Source: Nemertoderma westbladi (lineage: Eukaryota; Animalia; Xenacoelomorpha). From it: DNA of 64,000 nt. The notes under the pieces are model-generated. The model had not been told where the DNA came from. It saw only the letters and a list, made by a program, of their open reading frames with translations, and ran no database searches. The DNA lies in contig JAUCBJ010000943.1 in NCBI GenBank assembly GCA_032718475.1, forward strand, positions 15,475-79,474, read 5' to 3'. The translations under genes were made by a program, and so were the position numbers. Position 1 is the stretch's first letter, and each line of letters starts with the position of its first letter. Below are positions 1 to 9,784 of the stretch, piece after piece.

Positions 1-250
1 CCTCATTGGAGTTTGATGACATGAACGTATCATTGGTGGTGCTGTTTTCATTTGACGTTGGGAACGACCCAGGCGATGTAAAAGGCGTTCCTTCTGATGT
101 GGTGTAGGATACCATACTGTTGCGGGATTGGATGCTATCTGAGTAGAACTCGTATATACCTGGGAGCGTTAATCGTTGGTTGCCATCAGAACCATTATCC
201 GGCTCCATTTCGACAGGGTAAAGCGTTAACGACGGATGGAAACAGATCAT
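1..250 (-). CDS. Possible 5' end of a host ORF running off the left edge (S/T/N-rich N-terminus)
   Basis: 83 stop-free codons from ATG at 250 (MICFHPSLTLYPVEMEPDNGSDGNQRLTLPGIYEFYSDSIQSRNSMVSYTTSEGTPFTSPGSFPTSNENSTTNDTF...), with three N-glycosylation sequons. Higher GC than the flank. No family recognised. Confidence 0.35.
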   Translation of the reverse strand, partial: MICFHPSLTLYPVEMEPDNGSDGNQRLTLPGIYEFYSDSIQSRNSMVSYTTSEGTPFTSPGSFPTSNENSTTNDTFMSSNSNE

Positions 251-719
251 AACGAAATGTACGCCACAGTGAGCAAGGGGAGTTTAACGAATGTATAACT
301 TTAAGGTTATGTTATATATTATTTGTAACCGTAAAATATATATATTAAAAAAATGATACCGTATATGCATATTGCAGATAGTGGCGCCACTTTACCGCAA
401 CTGAATTCAAGTTTAGTTTATTGTTTTGATTAGAACTGCCATTGTAACCTGCTCCTTACCCTTAATGTTTTCAATCAAATTAAATTAATTTGTAAACCCT
501 CCTAAAACATAGTTGGTGTTTAAAGTCATTTGCGCCATAAACTCGTGTATTGCCAATTTATTTACAAGGATAGTAACTTTTCCGCACTCAATTCAGAATA
601 ATATAGCTAGCTAATTACATTGTTGTTCGGTCATCGAATTGGTAGAAGGAGACAAGGGGGGAAACTGGACGCAAATCCCATCTTGGCGAATTGATATCCC
701 GCCTCAATGTGTCAATTGC

Positions 720-721
<2 letters not shown>

Positions 722-752
<31 letters not shown>
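722..752. repeat. Poly-C tract (31 nt)
   Basis: Homopolymer seen directly. Similar C/G tracts near 19670, 23090, 35500, 40886 and 60448. Confidence 0.95.
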
Positions 753-2530
753 TATCTGGGTGGAAGAGAAAGGAGCAAGGTAAATTGATGCGGTCGTATG
801 GAAAAGGGGATAAAGTATCCTACATTATAGCAAAACCGAGTTAGGTTCTGTAATCAGTTGATAATATTTACTTTGGAGGCAGTGGCCTTTAATATAACCT
901 ATTTGTGTAAAACATAATATAAAGATAATACTATTAATTGTAATTATCATTATTAAATTTTCTCAGGTATTTATTAATGCACCTATGTATGTAATGCTAT
1001 CTTATAATTAATATTGAACACTATTAAATTATTTTTTAAAGTTTGGCAAAGTTTTAAAATAATGATAGTCCCCTTTACGAAAAAGACAAGTATTCATGAG
1101 CTCTCAATGACGTACATGGAAGCCGCAATGACGCAGGTTCCACTGGTTTCTATGGTTTGACCAATGACGAGAGCCCTATGCCTGGAGAGTTGGCAGCATT
1201 AAGTCCTGGTCAATGACGTAGGTATACTATACCCTGGAACTGGCAAGAAATTCTATGCGGCTAGTGCTGCCGATTAGTGAGTGTATAGCTGGAGGCCGTC
1301 CTGCCAACCCCCCATCACTGATCCTGGTGGTGGATGCATATCAGGAAGCTGTTTTACGTCCTTGTTGTAAGGAAGTTTTCAAGGAGTACTAATGTAGATT
1401 CTAACTTGTTGTCTTTTAATGCCCTTTAATGAATGAATTCCTTTCAGATCTATAATAGTCGAGAAGACTCTAGAAGAATCACCTCCTGTTACAACTCATG
1501 CGATTGGCGAACACGATTTTTATAAATAGAAATTGTACGTAATGCCCCACATTTAGAAACGGCTGCTAAGGAATCTATTGGTGGATTATGAACATTTAAA
1601 GTACAATAGGTTAGTTTAGTGAATAACAGAGCATGCCAAACTATTATAATAAAACTGATTTATTCAAAATAATTGCTTTGTCAATTTCTCGTACACAATA
1701 TATGTCGTCGAACTTATCTGCCGTTCAGATTAATTGAAGTATATTTAATTAATACACAAGATCGGTGAATTAAAAGTTATCAACAAGTCATGTCGATTTT
1801 GGCACCTGCTATATGAAAAATAATTTTAATTAACATGTTATTTGGTCCTTGTGTTATGTATAATTCATTAGTTCTAGCCACGATTTTATTATTGTTTTGT
1901 GGGACGTTAGGAATCGAATATGATGTTATGGGAATATTGACTAAATAAATAAAATAAATGAAAAGTCATAATAAATAAATGATATGATTGTAGCTCGGTC
2001 TGCCTTTTTGTACACTCCGTCGTCGTACAAGCTGATACGATGCGTTATAGACCTGCACTACAGTAATATATCCTTAACCCCAAATAATATTTGACTACAT
2101 ATGGCTTTTATATTAGATATACAATATTAATATATTACAACTAACTCGTACTATTACTACTACTCGCATCTTAAACCACGGCTCCCCGAGACAATGAAAT
2201 GGTTAACTCTCAAACCATGCTTCATAATTGATTGTTTGAGGCATAGAGATGTACTAATCGTTACAGACATAGTCAGGGAGGCGGCATCACTGTCATATTG
2301 TATCCTACAGTATGTTACCATTATTATGTATGTCTGTTGTTGGACAAATGATGTCATTTAAGAATATGGTTTTCTATGTTATGTGGTGTTTAAACGAACC
2401 GATGAAGTGGTAGGCATTCACCGGTAACACAGTGTATGGATGATATGTACCGAGCGAGCGCAGCGCCGGAGGTTTACATAAATAAACAAGGGCCTTAAAC
2501 GCTGAAAAGTGACCTTTGCACACAATGATG

Positions 2531-3242
2531 TATGTAATTTTGTTACATTATGTCAACTTATCAGCGTTCGGTATGTGAAGAAAGGACTTTTTGGATGCTC
2601 ATTTAAACATTTTAATCATGTACTATTTCAAATATAAGTGAAATTTATAACAGGTACACAGTATTAATTAGACATTTTTATATAATTAAAGTTTATTGTT
2701 GTTATGTATCTCCTGCATGGACGTGATAAATCTTTGATCCATTGTCGACTGAAGCAAACTGAGTCACCGTCTGTGTCCGTTCAGTTTTACTGAACACTGT
2801 CGCCATATTTTCTTTCCTTATTTTCTCTAAAATGTCTTCTCAACAACAGTGTAGGACGTGTAGGGCGTGTAGGAAGTATAGGACGTGTATATGGAATACA
2901 GTCTTACACGCTAAACAATTATTTACATACAGTAGCTAGACCTGTCTCTTCAAACTGGACGCACACATTATGCAAACGTGCTGCTATATTGAATAAAGAA
3001 GCAAGCATTAATAATTAATTATTAATTTTTAATTTTTTTTAATTTCATTAATAATTAATTAATAATTATAAATGGAAATACAGTAATACATTCTGGAATA
3101 CGGTCATTGAAGTTGTTTTCATGTTATTGATTACTTTACAGCGTTCCGTCCTATAGGCCGCTACGCTGCAAAGTAGTACTTTGTAGCGTTACGAGAAATT
3201 CACCAGAACGCTGTTATGTTGACATAATGAAACAAAACATAC
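2531..3242. mobile_element. Degenerate MITE-like element
   Basis: ~40-bp imperfect inverted repeats (ttttgttacattatgtcaacttatcagcgttc at ~2537 vs gaacgctgttatgttgacataatgaaacaaaa at ~3206). True ends and TSD not resolved. Confidence 0.3.
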
Positions 3243-3307
3243 TAAATATTGAGGGTCTTTAGGTGGTTACATTATAGGCTACTACAGTAATTAATTAAAG
3301 ATACAAT

Positions 3308-3364
3308 AGTAAACGTTTTCGACCTACCGGTCTGATGCAGACCGGTACGTCGAAAATGTTTACT
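3308..3364. repeat. 57-nt near-perfect palindrome overlapping a degenerate hammerhead-like motif
   Basis: agtaaacgttttcgacctaccggtctg-atg-cagaccggtacgtcgaaaatgtttact. The right arm reads CTGATGCA-GAC...GTC-GAAA. Confidence 0.7.
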
Positions 3365-4099
3365 TTCCAGAGACTACTCATCCATTTTTATTTTCCAATA
3401 CCACATTTTTTGGAACCAGTATCTTCATTTTCATAATATTCTTCTCGCACTTTTTGTATTTTCGTTTTATATTTTTGATAATTGCCAATTATGTAAAAAA
3501 AATCAAGAATTTGAAAAAATCCTAAAAAAATTCTAAAAATGGGGAAATATTATTAAATTTAAAAAGTGCAAAAAATTAAAAAAAAAACGGTTAAGAAAAT
3601 GGTACATGCTATAAAATACAGTATAATGAGCTAGAATGACCTAGAATCAGCAATAATGACAATCAATTGCAGTTTGCGGACGAAATGAAATGCGGCACTG
3701 CTCATTTTTTTTATAATCCTTAATTTTGATACTTTTACTGGACAATCTTTTTATCATTACTTGCTACAAGAGTATATTGGTTAGCTACTGTACATACTGT
3801 ACCTGTCTGGATCTACTATATTGGTATCATCATGTTCTGCGACTATGACGTACTGTAATAATCATGTTATATCGCTAACAAAACAACTCCGCAGGAATAT
3901 GTAGTTCATCGGCTTTCTTTGAAGCACCGTCATATCTTCATTGGGTATACGATCAATGAAAATATCCGGATCAGGCATTCTTGTTCGCTTTGAAGAATGC
4001 GGCTTACTACCACTACCTGGTTTAAGTCCGGCACTAAATAGGCTTCCGGTACGAAAACCGAAGCGCTGTAACTAAATAACTTATCCACTGCTCTTTACT

Positions 4100-4266
4100 A
4101 GAAATCGCCATACGCCAAATCGCACGCCACTTTCACTCCTCTCATCTTCTCGGCTTTCGGAGGAATGGCGCCGCTGTGTCGCCAGTTTATCAAGCGCCTC
4201 GCTTTAAAACTGGCAGATAAGCGGCAGATCCCATACCCGGAGTGCATCTCGTGGGTGCGGCGACGA
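4100..4266 (+). pseudogene. CRE-clade (RLE-type) non-LTR retrotransposon 3' remnant, part 1 (interrupted by the LTR element)
   Basis: HATFTPLIFSAFGGMAPLCRQFIKRLALKLADKRQIPYPECISWVRRR continues in frame after the TSD at 17003 as ISFALLRSSLMCLRG, a typical CRE-type C-terminus. Confidence 0.8.
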
Positions 4267-5425
4267 TGTAAAAGCTTTTGCGTCATTAACCGGTTATTTT
4301 CCCTTAAAGTACTCTGTAGTTGGTTTACCAGGCATAAAAAGGCCGTGTCCTTGCTGTACTGGTGTTTTAGAGGACATAAAAGTCATTTCTTCTGTATTTG
4401 CACTGTATTCGTACTTTAGAGGACATAATCCGCAATCTCGTGACGCGATAAGCTAGATACTCTTGAAAACAGTGTCGCTACCATGACGACGGCTAACAGC
4501 TGATATTGCCACGTCGACATTTCTTTGTTTCTTTGTTCTCTAGTTGTTCGGTTGACCAATCAGAGCGTTTTTTGTCTCTGTGTTGGAGGTGTATACAGAA
4601 CTCAGTAGTTCAGTGTTATGTTTTTGCCCAGAGCCTAAGAACATCGGCTTTTGGCACCTCCGTGTTTTCAGTCTTTAGTCTTACATTAGTAGGCTTAATT
4701 ATAGAACGTATATCTGTTATCAAGCTATTCACTTATTCACTCAATATCCATAAATTACTAACATTACTGCTTTTGCTGTTGGTTATTCGTTATATTTGTT
4801 GATGAAATATTATATCGGAATACTGATCAATAGTCAGACACCCCACCTTCTTGATATACTAAAGGTTAGAGAGACCGGTTACAGATAAACGATTGCGACC
4901 TATGTTAAGTGGTTTGAAGTGAATCTAATGCTATTTCATATGCCCAACATAAATTGTCTGTTGCTCTCTTTATACGTGACTAAATTTAGTGAAGGTCGGC
5001 AGATTAGTGTGCAGTATTGTGCAGCATTGTGTATGAGTGTAACTGATAACAAAGCATCTCCTAAAGAATGCGCCATATACGTGAATCTATAGCCTTTTCG
5101 TTGTGTCTAGTTTAAGTCATAACTCTGTTTACATATTTAGAGCGCCACGTCCTAAAGGAACTGTTGATATTTCCCGAAAGTGAATAATATTTGTCAGAGA
5201 TTATATATTACGATCAGTCGAATAATACAGTAGGCTTACACCATCAATCATTAAGCTCCGAACTCAGTCTCCCGGGTATATCCAACGGGTGAATGATTGC
5301 GCATAGACTGGCTTCGGCTAATGTAGTGTATTAAATACTCGTCATAGGCTAAAGACTATCTATCATCCAAAAGACATTCTAATTTTGGCAGGTTAAACTG
5401 TCAAAGGTCTTCAAAAGCGCAAACA
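4267..5425 (+). repeat. 5' LTR
   Basis: tgtaaaagc...gcgcaaaca. Matches 15839-16997 with only 4 substitutions noticed by eye. Confidence 0.97.
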
Positions 5426-5436
5426 ATAACAGATAT
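5426..5436 (+). promoter_or_regulatory. Candidate self-priming primer-binding site
   Basis: ATAACAGATAT directly after the LTR is the exact reverse complement of ATATCTGTTAT at 4710-4720 in the LTR. No TGG-initiated tRNA PBS at the boundary. Confidence 0.6.
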
Positions 5437-5690
5437 TGCTTCTGGATTGCGGTGTAAGCAATCTAGTCGAAAGTACCGGTCGACCGGTAACCAGTAGGCC
5501 TGACTGCCTGATCATCCGGACCGGTACCTACTTACGGTACAGGTACAGCAGTATTATTCGATTGTGGTATTGTATACCGGTAGGCTGTTTAAGAGATTAG
5601 GGACTGTACACCCCTTGTTTCTTTTGGAGCTTACTTATTTCTGTCAGTTTTATTTATTTGTAGGCCAGTATTGAGCAGAAGGCGTGTAAG

Positions 5691-5976
5691 CCCGCTCAGA
5701 TTGTACAGATAATTTGTAGGCTCGACTGTTGGCTAACTGTTGATTAGGTCTGAACGGATTGCAGTGCATGTAGAGTGTATGTCCGATAAAGAACGGTTAG
5801 GAAGTAGGGGCAGCCATAGCTGTAAGGTAAACCCCCATCTAAAGAATAAGTCGTACTACTGGGTTAGAACGCATACTACTTAACCATTTCGGAGTCTGCA
5901 TGTCCTGTGGTTTATTTAGGCCTGATAGGAGTCCGCCAGCGTTTGGTCTGTACTTTGTTTGTGTAGTCTGTACGGG
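5691..5976 (+). ncRNA. Rod-like structured RNA element, copy 1 (retroelement 5' leader)
   Basis: Nested pairing cccg/cggg, tgtacagataa/ttgtttgtgta, tgtaggc/gtctgta, gcatgtaga/tctgcatgt, ccga/tcgg, ggtta-aagtag/ctactt-aacc. Many G-U pairs on the + strand. Confidence 0.7.
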
Positions 5977-5978
5977 TA

Positions 5979-6262
5979 GCGTATAATTTTATTTAGATAA
6001 TTTGTAGGCTGGATAGTTGTCTGACTGTTGTTGGGTTTGAGGAAATTTCGGTGTGTGTAAAGCATCTGTCCGATAAAGAACGGTTAGGAAGTAGGGGCAG
6101 CCATTGCTGTAAGGTAAACCCCCATCTAAAGAATAAGTCGTACTACTGGGTTAGAACGCATACTACTTAATCATTTCGGAGTCTGCATATACCTTAGTTT
6201 GTTTAGGCTTGATAGTAGTCTGTCAGTATTTGGTCTGCATTTTGTTTGAATAGTCTGTACGC
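5979..6262 (+). ncRNA. Rod-like structured RNA element, copy 2
   Basis: Tandem paralog: gcgtata/tgtacgc, tatttagataa/ttgtttgaata, ggtgtgtgta/tgcatatacc. The ~120-nt apical core is nearly identical to copy 1. Confidence 0.7.
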
Positions 6263-7236
6263 GTAGCATAATATTTATTATTCAGAGTTTATGCGATTAT
6301 TCGCAACATTCATATTCCCCAAGTTTGTTCCTACAGTAATTGTGTTTGTTATACATACCGTTATAGTTAAACTAACCCCGGTACTATACGGGCTGCTTGG
6401 CGTAGGTAAAGACTGGTGATTTTGTGCACCGGTCACTCCAGCAGATGCCGTGGTTCTTTTAGCTGTTCAAGTATTTTTAACTACTAATTATTTGTTATAC
6501 AAGTACTTGTACCTAATTTAGGGTTTAGTGTACAGTGCTTTCCGAAAGCAATTAGTGTGTAGGCAGTGTATTTGTGTTGTAAAGTGGTTAATAGGCACGT
6601 TGGTTCTGGTAGACCGCGGTAATTAACTTCTAGGTAGGGACACTCCGTGATACATAACGTAGTACCTATAGCGATACGGTTATAGGTCGTCAGGCGGTGG
6701 TATTTTCCTATCTGGACAACGCAGTATATTTACTACTACTTATTATTTTCAAATACCGTAGTAACCTGTCCGTTGTAATAACCAGATATTCTAACCCTTT
6801 GTTAGGCTGGTTAGTAGACTTCTTGTAAAATTACCCTAAAAATTTGTATTTGTGTATTTGTAATTAAATTTTTGTGTTTATTTAGAGATTGTAATCTCAA
6901 CCCGAATTGTACGTAATTTGTAGTATTAAGTAACTTAGGTAAATTAGAATTACTTGTTTTAGTGTCTAACAAGTAGCACTCCACTGAGAGCGCACAGCTT
7001 ATACGTAGTGACTCCCCCAGAAATAATAACATTTATTTCAAACATTGACAAAACCCATTAAACGGGTATATATATATTATAAATCAACTCAAACGATTTA
7101 TAAATAGTAGGCCTGCCATATAACAATTAGGTCTCAATATCAGTTGGACTACTGCTTAAATAACGGTAATAAAGTAAGTTAAAGTAACCAAGTAACCCTT
7201 AAAATTCAGAAATTCAATTATTCTAAAATAATTGAT

Positions 7237-7460
7237 ATACCGGTATTTACGATAGGCCTATTATATATTTATATACTTGTGCTGAAATCATACCGGTATT
7301 CTGTAATTAATTCTAGTCTGTAATTATACTTATATATATACATTATAGGTGTAAACTGCATACCGGTATTCACGATAGGCCTATTATATATTTATATATT
7401 TGTGCTAAAATTACCTACCGGTATTCTGTGATAAACTAGTCTGTAATAATACTTATATAT
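7237..7460. repeat. ~120-bp tandem duplication just upstream of ORF1
   Basis: ataccggtatt(t/c)acgataggcctattatatatttatata...ctagtctgtaa occurs twice. Confidence 0.8.
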
Positions 7461-7600
7461 ACTATAAGCATACCGGTATACTAATATATTATATATCACG
7501 CTACACTGAGTAGCAGTATCGGTAATTAATTACTAGGCTAGCAGTTAATTCTGAATTACTAGACTTGCTTAGACTGTAATATAGCAGTAGGCATTCAACT

Positions 7601-9766
7601 GTGCAAACCAACATGTCTGATACTAAACAGAACCTGTCAGACAGTTTATTAGATGTAACTATCTGCGACTCAGATAGAGGTGTAGAACCGTCTAGTCCTA
7701 AGTTCAGTTCACCTCCCACTGTGAGGAAGGTCATCCCTCCAGTAGTAATAACAGAACCTAGGCTGGTCCAACATCGTAGGTCTATCATAGGCACTCGAGC
7801 TCAGGTCAAGCGGGACCAAGAAGCAGCGGAACAGCAACAACCCGCGAGCCAAGAACTTATTTCTCAGCAGCCCGACAGCTCCAGTAGTGAAGATACTGTA
7901 GAACTGACACCCGAGCGCGGAGCAAAGATGACGGATGCGGTTTATTCGGATCCCCTTCTCATCCTTCCTGCAGCCGTACTCACTAGGTTATTGATCGCGG
8001 TGGAAGAACACCAGATCGATTGGGCGAGGAGTAAGCGATCAACTAAAGATAGTTATGAGGGATACACAAGGGAAGAACTGAAGTCTATGGTCGAGTCGCA
8101 ATGGAACTTCCCCGGACCCGGACTCCCGTTTGATTTATCAGAAGCTGCCTGGGAAGACATACACCGGATGGGAGTAGCCAAGGAAACCATCGATCCAGAT
8201 GTATGGAAGAGGTCCGCAGCCAGATATGCACAAGGATTCTTCAGCTCTATGGAGCGAGTAGAAAAACAACTGTTTCAACAACCTCAAGGACCTCAAGAGC
8301 AGGGACAACTGCTTTATCAAGTTAGAGAAAGAATTCTGCGAATTAGGCTAATCTTATCGGCCTTTGAGGAGGCTTCTAAAAGAAGACAAGACACGTCGTT
8401 GCAAGTTGCCGTAAAGACTTGGTTTCAACGGGTGAGTCGCCAGGTTCAAGGAACAGCTCAGTGGAAAGCTCAGCTGGAGGAGCGCTCAACCCATGGAGAA
8501 TCAACAGACGCTACTTTTTCCCAAGTGGAAAGTGAAGCGACAGCAGAGAAACCGCATAAGAGGGATGCCATTGACATCTATCTGTCAGACTATCAGCGTT
8601 TCGTAGGTGATGAAGAGTTGAGGAGAAGGTTGGACGGACTTAGCCCTAATAGTGAAGGAGCCCAGCGTGTGTTGGATGCAATCGTTGTGGATAGGTTAGC
8701 TGTGAACCAAGCTAAATTCAATGAAAGCATCCGCATCGCTAAGGTTCAAGAAGAACAAGTAAGGAAAAAACGTATAGAAGATAGAAAGAAAGCGGCCGAG
8801 GCAGCGGCAGAGGCAAAAGCGGCAGCGGCAGAGGCAAAAGCGGCAGCTGCAGCAGTAGAAGCCGAAAGAAAGGCGGTAGAAGCCGAAAGAAAGGCGGCCG
8901 AAGCGGAAAGAAAGGTGGCAGCTGCAGCAGTAGAAGCCGAAAGAAAGGCGGCCGAAGCGGAAAGAAAAATAGCAGTAGCAGAAGCAGAACGAAAGGCATC
9001 TGAAGAGACAACCCAACTAGAGTTGGAAAATCTTCAAGAGAAACAAGACAACTTTAATAAACAGTTAACAGCTAGTAATATGCAGATGATGAATCGATCT
9101 ACTCCCAAAAGACAGGGTTATACATCATCTGAGGAAGGAGATACCACCGACACTGAAGGCGGAGGAAATCGATCTCGCCTAAGCAGACGTAAAAGAACAT
9201 CCCACCGTCAAAAATTGCCTGATTTGCCTCCAGCTGTTAGAAGGCAACTAAATAACACCAACTTAGGTAGTACAGAACCCACAGACCAAATAATTACAAT
9301 AGAAAGACTCCCTACTATAGTAGATGAGCCTGAAATAATTAGGCCTGTTCCCGAAGCCACCCTTTCGGTGGTAGAGACACCTGTACTCCCTGAACCTACC
9401 TCTCAATTCCCTTTGCACAGCACTAAGCTACCTGTGCCCAGCAGAACGGCCCATGAGACAGTTCATGCCCTGGACTCCGAGCGAAATATTCATGATTTGT
9501 CGCCCGTTGTCCCTCGTCCGCCCGCTACAACGTTGGCGAATCCCGCTTCGGCGGTTGAATGGGTGGATGAGAGACGACGGGGGATGGATCTCCTGCTCGG
9601 ACAGATGCAGGAGACCGTTCAGCAATTCAAGGGCACAGTAAGGGAAAGTAGGCTAGAGTTGCAAGAGGTGCAGCAAAGTATCGCGCTAGAACGCGATAAA
9701 TTAGTAAATGCACAAAAGGGTATACCACCACCCCCTGTAACCATGTGTCAACCTGTTAGGTCTTAA
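7601..9766 (+). CDS. N-terminal part of the BEL/Pao Gag polyprotein (low complexity, coiled-coil AEAKAAA/AEAERKA repeats)
   Basis: 721-aa ORF inside the LTR element (first ATG 7613). Same frame as the next ORF, separated by a single TAA. Confidence 0.7.
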   Translation: MQTNMSDTKQNLSDSLLDVTICDSDRGVEPSSPKFSSPPTVRKVIPPVVITEPRLVQHRRSIIGTRAQVKRDQEAAEQQQPASQELISQQPDSSSSEDTVELTPERGAKMTDAVYSDPLLILPAAVLTRLLIAVEEHQIDWARSKRSTKDSYEGYTREELKSMVESQWNFPGPGLPFDLSEAAWEDIHRMGVAKETIDPDVWKRSAARYAQGFFSSMERVEKQLFQQPQGPQEQGQLLYQVRERILRIRLILSAFEEASKRRQDTSLQVAVKTWFQRVSRQVQGTAQWKAQLEERSTHGESTDATFSQVESEATAEKPHKRDAIDIYLSDYQRFVGDEELRRRLDGLSPNSEGAQRVLDAIVVDRLAVNQAKFNESIRIAKVQEEQVRKKRIEDRKKAAEAAAEAKAAAAEAKAAAAAVEAERKAVEAERKAAEAERKVAAAAVEAERKAAEAERKIAVAEAERKASEETTQLELENLQEKQDNFNKQLTASNMQMMNRSTPKRQGYTSSEEGDTTDTEGGGNRSRLSRRKRTSHRQKLPDLPPAVRRQLNNTNLGSTEPTDQIITIERLPTIVDEPEIIRPVPEATLSVVETPVLPEPTSQFPLHSTKLPVPSRTAHETVHALDSERNIHDLSPVVPRPPATTLANPASAVEWVDERRRGMDLLLGQMQETVQQFKGTVRESRLELQEVQQSIALERDKLVNAQKGIPPPPVTMCQPVRS

Positions 9767-9784
9767 GTATCTCATGCGCAAGGT

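Noticed and set aside
4165-4802. ORFs 4165-4419 and 4506-4802 (and copies at 15797-16374)
   Set aside because: Read-through from the CRE remnant into the LTR, or incidental LTR frames.
5443-5460. TGG at 5443 as a tRNA PBS
   Set aside because: 17 nt from the LTR end, too far for a standard PBS, and I could not match it to a tRNA 3' end.
8696-9016. Antisense ORFs over the helical repeat
   Set aside because: Shadow frames of the repetitive sense ORF.
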